Below, piece by piece: positions 1-6,957 of a stretch of 64,000 nt of DNA. The stretch lies in assembly GCA_006226965.1 (NCBI GenBank), contig SBGQ01000174.1, forward strand, positions 27,919 to 91,918, in the 5' to 3' direction. The DNA comes from a bacterium. GTDB taxonomy: Bacteria; Bacteroidota; Rhodothermia; Balneolales; M1805. The notes below the pieces were generated by a model, which was not told the DNA's origin, ran no database searches, and worked only from the letters and a program-made list of their open reading frames with translations. Numbering within the stretch: position 1 is the first letter of the stretch; the number at the start of each line of letters is the position of its first letter. A program made the position numbers and the translations under genes.

Positions 1-259
1 AGGTAAAGGCACCGATAAAAGCAGCTAAAATTGCAGGTATTCCGAATTTAACAAACACCTCTTTGTTAGCATGTTTTCCGATTAACAATCCTTTAAACAA
101 GTTGTTTAATAAATGAACCACACCTGTTAAGGCTATGGAAACATCAACCGGAAAAAACAACATAAAAACCGGAGCCAGAATTGTTCCAAGTCCAAATCCC
201 GAGAAGAATGTGAGCAAAGAAGTAAGAAAGGCAATAACACCAAGTAAGACGAATTCCAT
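1..259 (-). CDS. TauE/SafE (DUF81) family membrane permease, N-terminal part only; the gene runs off the window edge
   Basis: My translation of the reverse complement from the ATG at 257-259 gives MEFVLLGVIAFLTSLLTFFSGFGLGTILAPVFMLFFPVD... This is a hydrophobic multi-TM protein with the GFGLG motif typical of TauE/SafE. It is not in the ORF track because it is truncated. Confidence 0.55.
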   Translation of the reverse strand, partial: MEFVLLGVIAFLTSLLTFFSGFGLGTILAPVFMLFFPVDVSIALTGVVHLLNNLFKGLLIGKHANKEVFVKFGIPAILAAFIGAFT

Positions 260-311
260 TTCCGAACTTACTTGATGTATTGGTTCTAAAAAAGTGGTGC
301 TTTAAAATTGC

Positions 312-1133
312 TTATTTAATTTGTGACATCACAATGGAATCGAAAGCTTTATCTCCCAACCATTTTCTTATATAAACCATGAGTTTGGCAAACTTACCTT
401 TTAGATAACGAGTTTGGGGAGATTTGGATTGAATCGCTTTTAAAATGGTATTGGCAATTAAACTACTCGGAGAACCATTTCCCGGTTTATAACTCTGAGC
501 TGTTGTTCTTGCCATTTTATGAGCTAAATCGGCATAAGCACCATTTCCGGAAATTTTCATGAGCGGCTCTGACATAACATCTCCGAATTCCGTTTCAATA
601 ATTCCCGGTTCAATAATGATTACATCTATTCCGAAAGGTTTTACTTCCAAACGCAAACTATCGCTCCAACCCTCCAAAGCGTGTTTGGTTGAATGATACC
701 AAGCACCAAAAGGCATATAGATTTTTCCACCCATAGATGACACATTTACAATTTTTCCACTTTTTTGCGCTCTCATGAACGGAAGTATTAATTGGGTAAT
801 ACGTGCCAAACCGAACAGATTTACTTCGTATTGATAACGCGCCGCTTCAATTGTCACCTCTTCAACTGAACCGTATAGTCCAAACCCTGCATTGTTTATA
901 AGAATATCAATTCTTCCTTGTTCTTTGATGATTACATCAACTACCGATTGCACATCTTCGTCTTTAGTGATATCCATTTTTAGTGTTCGGGCGCCTATTG
1001 CTTTTAAATCTTCCATGTGCTCCAACCTTCTGGCAACGGCATAAACAGTATATCCGGCTTTAATCAAGGTGCTTGCTGTTGTTTTTCCGATTCCGGAAGA
1101 GGCACCGGTTATTATTACAATTTGATTCTTCAT
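312..1133 (-). CDS. Short-chain dehydrogenase/reductase (classical SDR)
   Basis: TGASSGIG cofactor motif near the N-terminus, NNAG motif, and the catalytic Y-x3-K (YHSTK). Length is 273 aa. Confidence 0.85.
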   Translation of the reverse strand: MKNQIVIITGASSGIGKTTASTLIKAGYTVYAVARRLEHMEDLKAIGARTLKMDITKDEDVQSVVDVIIKEQGRIDILINNAGFGLYGSVEEVTIEAARYQYEVNLFGLARITQLILPFMRAQKSGKIVNVSSMGGKIYMPFGAWYHSTKHALEGWSDSLRLEVKPFGIDVIIIEPGIIETEFGDVMSEPLMKISGNGAYADLAHKMARTTAQSYKPGNGSPSSLIANTILKAIQSKSPQTRYLKGKFAKLMVYIRKWLGDKAFDSIVMSQIK

Positions 1134-1147
1134 AATGAGTGATTACT
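1132..1147. promoter_or_regulatory. 16-nt repeat ATAATGAGTGATTACT abutting the SDR start codon; candidate TetR operator
   Basis: An identical 16-mer recurs at 1725-1740, upstream of the TetR gene. It contains the imperfect inverted repeat AGTAA-N4-TCACT. Confidence 0.3.
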
Positions 1148-1195
1148 TACTTTTATTTTATACACAAAGGAATAGCCATTTGCTTCAGACGCATT

Positions 1196-1717
1196 TTAAA
1201 TGCCGTATTTCTGCATAATTGCTTTTAAAATAGACACGGAATGTTCCGGTTTTTTCAACAGAACTGCTGTAGCTATTCCGTCTAAAATGAGCAAGACAGC
1301 TTCCGCTTCTGCTTCAGGATTTTGATACGCCAGCTTTGTGAACGCATCAATCAACAATGTTCTAATGGGCTCCGACATATCATTTAAATAGATATCCGAT
1401 TGCCATTTTAACGAATATGATAATTTCCAGTACGGATGTTGATCTTTGGGAATCAAAAATGGAAATGAAAGAATGGAAGCTAATACATCTTTTGGATTGG
1501 AAAAGGTAGAAGCTTGCTTATACAACTGATCTATCTGCGCCTTTCCGTGATTCATAATAGCGCGCAAGAGACCTTCTTTATTTTCGAAGTGACGGAAAAT
1601 TAAACCCTCTGAAACTCCAGCAGCCTTTGCAATCTTTGCCGTAGAGGTTGATGCATAACCTTGTTCAGCAAAAAGCTTTAAAGCCGCATCTAAGATTTGT
1701 TCTTTTTTTTCAGTCAT
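1196..1717 (-). CDS. TetR/AcrR family transcriptional regulator
   Basis: N-terminal HTH (STSTAKIAKAAGVSEGLIFRHFENKEGLL). Size is 173 aa. It lies directly upstream of the SDR gene on the same strand. Confidence 0.85.
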   Translation of the reverse strand: MTEKKEQILDAALKLFAEQGYASTSTAKIAKAAGVSEGLIFRHFENKEGLLRAIMNHGKAQIDQLYKQASTFSNPKDVLASILSFPFLIPKDQHPYWKLSYSLKWQSDIYLNDMSEPIRTLLIDAFTKLAYQNPEAEAEAVLLILDGIATAVLLKKPEHSVSILKAIMQKYGI

Positions 1718-1724
1718 GGATAAA

Positions 1725-1744
1725 ATAATGAGTGATTACTCACT
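1725..1744. promoter_or_regulatory. Candidate TetR operator: inverted repeat AGTGA-N4-TCACT inside the repeated 16-mer
   Basis: The same 16-mer occurs at 1132-1147. The 5-4-5 inverted repeat is at 1731-1744, 8-27 nt upstream of the TetR ATG. Confidence 0.35.
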
Positions 1745-1780
1745 AAATATATTTCACCCACAACTGAAATGCAAATCGTT

Positions 1781-1987
1781 TTATTTCTTTTTTGATCGTA
1801 GTTTTCGAAGTGCATATGCTGCTCCACCGGCAGCAATAATGCCAAGTCCGCCATCGATTGGCGCCTGAGACGGCGCTTGTGGCATTCCCGGTGGTTGAGC
1901 ATATCCGGATTGTATAGAAATAACAATCAGTAAAAGCAGTATTGAAAATAAAAGACGTAACAATTTTGTTAATGCTGAATATTTCAT
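1781..1987 (-). CDS. 68-aa mini-protein: signal peptide, short Pro-rich linker, P-I-D-G-G motif, one hydrophobic helix and a basic tail (C-terminal sorting-signal-like)
   Basis: MKYSALTKLLRLLFSILLLLIVISIQSGYA|QPPGMPQAPSQAPIDGGLGIIAAGGAAYALRKLRSKKK. The start codon lies 3 nt after the stop of the 1608-aa gene. A paralog with an identical core lies at 11821-11991. Confidence 0.6.
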   Translation of the reverse strand: MKYSALTKLLRLLFSILLLLIVISIQSGYAQPPGMPQAPSQAPIDGGLGIIAAGGAAYALRKLRSKKK

Positions 1988-1990
1988 GAT

Positions 1991-4900
1991 TTATTTAATT
2001 AGAGTCATTTTCATTGATTTATACATTCTTCCGTCTACACTCAAGGTGTAAAAATAAATTCCACTCGCTAAAGCTTCTGCATTGAAACTCTGTGCAAATT
2101 CACCGGCTTTAAATAGCCCTGAAATGGGCTCCGATACGAGTCTTCCAAGTACATCATAGACTTTAATTGACACCATTCCTGCGTTTGCCAAACTAAACTT
2201 AATCGTTGTTGTCGGGTTAAACGGATTCGGAAAATTTTGATATAAAGCCATTTGATATGATTTTTCCTGAGATTCATTGGATGTGGCTACCCCTGAAATA
2301 TCCAATCTAAATCTGTTTGATGTGTGTTGTTGCATGTGCACAGACGGCGCTTTCGTTGCATCAACACTAGTTTTTTGTGCGTTTTTCTCTAAGTCAAATG
2401 TATATGGTGTTGATAAGTCCGTTTCAGTTTGGGTAAGAATATCAACCAATTTTACATTCCATTCACTTGGAAACATAGTTTTGTCTAATGAAATTGTATG
2501 TCTTCCGCTTTCTGAACTGTTTACTTCAACAGGCAAACTAAAGTTGGCCACAGTTGTCGGTAAGTAGTTTATATCCATTACGTTTCCATCTTCTGAAACT
2601 GTACCAATTTGTACATATTTACTTGAAATCGGCGCTAATTTTAAAGCATCTTTTTTGTCTTTGTTAAATTCACCGTCTTCAGCAAATTGAATCCACGAAG
2701 TGTTTTTTAAGCCAGAATTATGAGTTATCTCTAGCTTAATCGCTGATATTTTCTTCGCCACTTCTTTTCCGAGAAAGGCATTCCCATCGTAATTTCGCGC
2801 AGATTGATAAATGGTTAGCGAAGGTGAATCATATTCGGTTTGTACAAAAAATCCATTTAAAGGCCCGATTAGTCCATTCGTCAACGAACCGACTGAACCA
2901 TTCCATGATTTCCATTCCGAATCGCTATTGTCCCATACATAGATGGATGAACTCAAATTACCTGGCGATAAACTATTCCAATCCAGATTAGCAATAAACG
3001 GATTTCCCAATAGAGTTAATCCGCCGACATTCTGATTTAGAAGGCTATCCACTTGTACATCGTTATATGAATCTTCAAAACCAGTAAAACTTATTTCTTT
3101 AGGAAATCCGGTATCTCCTTCTACTCCGGGACCATTATCATCACTAAACACATAAACCAGAACGCCTTTACCTCTTCGCAGGGTATCACTTAAGGAAGTG
3201 ATACTGTTCCAATTACTTAAAGAATCGTGATCAGTTGTGTTGTCCCATGTGTACACGTTAGAACTTCCGTGTGAAACAGAAGCGCCATCAAAACCTTGTG
3301 TCCAAATATCGGATAAAAGTGCTGAATACGGTTTTGAACCAACAGGCAATGATAATAATCGCCAGCCTTCTGTCCCGCTAAGCGTCAATGTTGCTTGTGG
3401 GTCTTGCAGATATAATTGGAAGTTATCATAACGTGCATACACGATGTCCATAACTCCGTCATTATTAAAATCTGCACTTTTATATAAGTAATAGCTGTTT
3501 TCAGGATCTAAAACAGCATAATCCGCAAAATTTCCACTTCCATTGTTAAGACGCACTTCAATCTCATCACCTTCACTAACCAAGATGTCTAAATCTCCGT
3601 CCGAATCCGCATCAATAAGATTTAAAATCTCGCCATATTTGTCGGCTTCATAACTATAAGGACTAGTAAACTCGCCATTTTCGTAAATAAAAATATAGAA
3701 ATCGTAATCATAGGTTGAGACTACCATATCCTTATCGCCATCGCCATCCAAATCTCCAAATTCAATTCTATTTGAGGAGTCAATCATAAATAGTGTTTGT
3801 GCATCTCCTAAGTAGGTATCACCAACATTTTCAATCCAATATATTTTTGGATCATCAGAGCCTTCGCTTACAACCAGATCTAATAATCCATCGTTATTCA
3901 TATCCATTAATTGAAAGCCTAAATAATCCTCTTCTGAATAATCTGTCGAAAAGGTTCCCGTAGTTACAAATTCTTGACCGCTATGATTTTTGAACACTTC
4001 GATTTCATAGTCTTCATAAATAACCAAGTCTATAAATCCATCATTATCTAAATCTCCAGCTCGCATTATTAATGCATCGTTAGATACGGAGTAGTTTTCA
4101 GAGGTTGTGAACGTACCGTTTCCATTATTTCTAAAAATGACTAACGCATTATAACCGGATGTAGCAATATCTATATCGCCGTCATTATCAAAATCTGCGG
4201 CTACAATTCCTAACACATAATTAGAGATATCGTACTCAACAGGAGTGGCAAAAGTACTATCCTGATTATTGATATAGATGTAGGTTTTCATGTTGGAACG
4301 GGATAAAATCACATCTGTGTAACCGTCACCATTTAAATCTGCCACCTCCATTGCCGTCGGATTTCCTGAATAACTATCCGTAAAGTAATCAGAAAAACTA
4401 CCTGCCCCAGGATTTGTAGCAATAGTGAATGTATAGGACTGAGAATTTTCAAAACTGTTATTTTCACCAAGAATATCTTTACTTAAACTAACCGTAACCG
4501 TTTCGCCTTCTTTGAAATCTGTTGTTGGGTCAAATATCAATTTGGCATTGCCATTGGCGTAGGAAATACTTCCGGCATGATTACCGCTTAAACTTCCATA
4601 TACTAAAAAGGTTGAATCGTTAGTAATGGTTGCTGTATCCAATGCATCACTAAACGTAATCTCAATATTTGTTGATTTTGAAACATTTAGACTGTTTTTT
4701 GCCGGACTAACTTGGGTTACATAGGTTGTTAACTCAATTTCTATGGATGATGTAGGTGCATCGGTTAGTAAATATTTTTCTACTCCTGATTCCCCGTTAA
4801 ACGAATACACCGCTATATAATACGTTTCGCCCGGCTCCAGATTTGTAATTCTCATTTCTGTTGATTGACCATTACTTATCACAAAATTACCGAAACCCAA

Positions 4901-6817
4901 TTCATCACCTGAACCAAAGTTCAATGAAGCATCATACGTAACTCCGTCTACCGGACTGGCATCAACAGCACTTCCCTGCTTCATAACAACCAAATTATTT
5001 ATTCCATTTCCGGCTGTAAAGGATAAATCAGCTGATGTAACTCCGTTGTTTTCTAAAGCCAGACTCGAAACTTGTACCGTTGGTGTAGATAGCGGTAAAT
5101 CAAGATTGTATTTATCTGATAAATAAGTTGCTACTTCTAGCCGTTCTTCTACACTAAGTTTTTTGTTGTAAATGATAATCTCAGCAATACGTCCACCCAT
5201 ATATGCGTAGGAATATTGACTATCTGTACCGATATAAATGGTATCGTCATCACCATTTTGAAAATCGAAACTATCATTTGAACCGTATAATTTTCCATTA
5301 ACTCTTATTTCACCGAGTGAACTCGTTCCACTTGCATTAACTACGTGAAAATTATTATCAAAAAATTCTGATGCCACACCTGCGCTTACCGATGCATTAC
5401 TGTTACCCCAAAATGCAATGCCATTTTCATACTCAAGTAATTGAATAAATGGAGCGGTTTGCCCGTAATTATTACCAATTATTGGAACATAATTGGCTTG
5501 ATTGGCTTGCACTACAATAAACATATCGTAGTCGGAATTTTGAATACCTAAGTCTCCCGATGTTGGCAATTCCATAAATTGAGTTGATCCATTGAATTGA
5601 ACTGCTCGAAGACTGTTTATTGCATTTTCAGTAACCGTTGGTTGAATACTATTATTAGATTGTTCGGCATTGTTTCCTTTTCCGGTGAGGTCGTGCCATA
5701 CAGAAATTGGGTCATCACTATCATAGGTATCCAAGGTTAAATCTGCGGCATACCACAATTTTAGACTGTCTTTTGTAAATGTTGTATTACCAACCCAAAT
5801 TGCCTGCATTTCTGAATAAACAGTCCCGTTTACATAGTTTGCGGCTAAGCTAGCATAATAAACGGTGTTTGAATCTAATTCTGTAACCTCAAATTGGATT
5901 GCATCATTCGAAATACCAGTTCCACCATTTATTACACTCGTTGTTGTAGATAAAGAATTAGGATTAGTGCCATATACTAATTGATAACTCGTGGTTGATG
6001 AAGTTTCAACAGTGGTACTAAACGTAAAGGATGTTGTTGAAGTATTGCTTAATTCTACATTTGTAAAGACAGGTTCTTGATTAATTCCGTATTTATTTTC
6101 TAAGTAATCTTCAACTGAATTTCTGTCTGTTTCACTTAATTCTGCACTATAAATAATTACTTCTGCTATATCGCCGCTAAATGGCAAGGTTAAATTTGAA
6201 CGAATTCCTAAATAAAGTGTCCCGGCATCATCTGTCTGTACATTCAATGCGCTTACTGTTGAATCAGCTCCATTCACTTGAACAATTCCATTCGAAGCCG
6301 TAGCTCGCATATTGAATATATAAGGCGCCGCATTTGAATAATCGCCAATAGAACCTTCATCAATATAGATTGATGCTTTGGGTATAAAACGAACTCCGGC
6401 GGAACCGTTCAAATGAACTTCATATCGTTCTATTGAACCACCTAATAAAAATATTGTGCTTGTTGTAACACTACTCGTTTTTGCAACAATGAATATTTCG
6501 TAATCATTGCTTTGAATAGCGAGCGTACCGGCTGATGGAAGAGTTAAATAATCATTAACTCCGTCAAAACGAATAACCGGATATCCGTTTATAACATCAT
6601 TTACGATAGTCGGTTTATTGGTTTCCGAAACTTGTGTTACCGAGTTTAGATTACCGGACTGATCTGCCCATGCACTAACATATCCGCCCGATGAGGTAAC
6701 TCCGGCATTAGCTTTAATATGTAATTCTAAATTCGTTGTTGGTATTTGTGCATGTAATAAAGTTGCCGAACTGAACACCAGCACAAATGTGAGTAGTTGA
6801 ATAGATAATCGTTTCAT
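1991..6817 (-). CDS. Giant secreted T9SS cargo protein (1608 aa): 2 LamG-like jelly-roll domains, FN3/Ig-like domains, FG-GAP/VCBS repeat block, conserved C-terminal module, T9SS C-terminal sorting domain
   Basis: Signal peptide (LLHA|Q). LamG-type signature DIAEVIIYSAELSETDRNSVEDYLENKYGI occurs twice. There are 7 or more D-x-N/D-x-D-G repeats (DLNGDGYTDV, DFDNDGDIDI, DLDNDGFIDL, DMNNDGLLDL, DLDGDGDKDM, DADSDGDLDI, DFNNDGVMDI) at about nt 3430-4400. The C-terminus NFPNPFNPTTTIKFSL...GIYFYTLSV...MTLIK is typical of T9SS type A CTDs. Confidence 0.85.
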   Translation of the reverse strand: MKRLSIQLLTFVLVFSSATLLHAQIPTTNLELHIKANAGVTSSGGYVSAWADQSGNLNSVTQVSETNKPTIVNDVINGYPVIRFDGVNDYLTLPSAGTLAIQSNDYEIFIVAKTSSVTTSTIFLLGGSIERYEVHLNGSAGVRFIPKASIYIDEGSIGDYSNAAPYIFNMRATASNGIVQVNGADSTVSALNVQTDDAGTLYLGIRSNLTLPFSGDIAEVIIYSAELSETDRNSVEDYLENKYGINQEPVFTNVELSNTSTTSFTFSTTVETSSTTSYQLVYGTNPNSLSTTTSVINGGTGISNDAIQFEVTELDSNTVYYASLAANYVNGTVYSEMQAIWVGNTTFTKDSLKLWYAADLTLDTYDSDDPISVWHDLTGKGNNAEQSNNSIQPTVTENAINSLRAVQFNGSTQFMELPTSGDLGIQNSDYDMFIVVQANQANYVPIIGNNYGQTAPFIQLLEYENGIAFWGNSNASVSAGVASEFFDNNFHVVNASGTSSLGEIRVNGKLYGSNDSFDFQNGDDDTIYIGTDSQYSYAYMGGRIAEIIIYNKKLSVEERLEVATYLSDKYNLDLPLSTPTVQVSSLALENNGVTSADLSFTAGNGINNLVVMKQGSAVDASPVDGVTYDASLNFGSGDELGFGNFVISNGQSTEMRITNLEPGETYYIAVYSFNGESGVEKYLLTDAPTSSIEIELTTYVTQVSPAKNSLNVSKSTNIEITFSDALDTATITNDSTFLVYGSLSGNHAGSISYANGNAKLIFDPTTDFKEGETVTVSLSKDILGENNSFENSQSYTFTIATNPGAGSFSDYFTDSYSGNPTAMEVADLNGDGYTDVILSRSNMKTYIYINNQDSTFATPVEYDISNYVLGIVAADFDNDGDIDIATSGYNALVIFRNNGNGTFTTSENYSVSNDALIMRAGDLDNDGFIDLVIYEDYEIEVFKNHSGQEFVTTGTFSTDYSEEDYLGFQLMDMNNDGLLDLVVSEGSDDPKIYWIENVGDTYLGDAQTLFMIDSSNRIEFGDLDGDGDKDMVVSTYDYDFYIFIYENGEFTSPYSYEADKYGEILNLIDADSDGDLDILVSEGDEIEVRLNNGSGNFADYAVLDPENSYYLYKSADFNNDGVMDIVYARYDNFQLYLQDPQATLTLSGTEGWRLLSLPVGSKPYSALLSDIWTQGFDGASVSHGSSNVYTWDNTTDHDSLSNWNSITSLSDTLRRGKGVLVYVFSDDNGPGVEGDTGFPKEISFTGFEDSYNDVQVDSLLNQNVGGLTLLGNPFIANLDWNSLSPGNLSSSIYVWDNSDSEWKSWNGSVGSLTNGLIGPLNGFFVQTEYDSPSLTIYQSARNYDGNAFLGKEVAKKISAIKLEITHNSGLKNTSWIQFAEDGEFNKDKKDALKLAPISSKYVQIGTVSEDGNVMDINYLPTTVANFSLPVEVNSSESGRHTISLDKTMFPSEWNVKLVDILTQTETDLSTPYTFDLEKNAQKTSVDATKAPSVHMQQHTSNRFRLDISGVATSNESQEKSYQMALYQNFPNPFNPTTTIKFSLANAGMVSIKVYDVLGRLVSEPISGLFKAGEFAQSFNAEALASGIYFYTLSVDGRMYKSMKMTLIK

Positions 6818-6872
6818 AGTATCTCAAACAATTGGGTTTAAACGCAGGAATAATCTACCCAAACTGTAGAGT

Positions 6873-6909
6873 GCAAACGTGTCAATTATCTGCGCATTTG
6901 TGTCAAAAA
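6873..6909 (-). promoter_or_regulatory. Conserved upstream motif of the giant genes, copy 1. Transcription sense: TTTTGACACAAATGCGCAGATAATTGACACGTTTGC
   Basis: Near-identical to 21841-21876 (2 mismatches in 36) and related to 11595-11629. It contains the direct repeat TTGACAC-N14-TTGACAC. It lies exactly 61 nt upstream of the ATG, as does the 21841 copy. Confidence 0.4.
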
Positions 6910-6950
6910 GGTGCACAATTAGCCAATAAGCCGATTTTATGCACCTTTTT
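6905..6950 (-). terminator. Possible intrinsic terminator after the 1523-aa gene
   Basis: AAAAAGGTGCA ... TGCACCTTTTT forms an 11-bp stem followed by a T-run on the minus strand. The loop is large (24 nt), so confidence is moderate. Confidence 0.4.
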
Positions 6951-6957
6951 GTTTCGC

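Noticed and set aside
1714-1926. 70-aa ORF overlapping the 68-aa mini-protein ORF in another frame
   Set aside because: The alternative frame (1781-1987) has a signal peptide and a conserved paralog at 11821-11991. This frame has neither, and it overlaps the TetR start.
6873-6909. Reading the shared motif as a standard sigma70 promoter (TTGACA as -35 with GATAAT/TAATTG as -10)
   Set aside because: The spacer would be only 10-12 nt instead of about 17. It also does not fit the Bacteroidetes TTTG / TAnnTTTG spacing, so the element is left as a motif of unknown mechanism.
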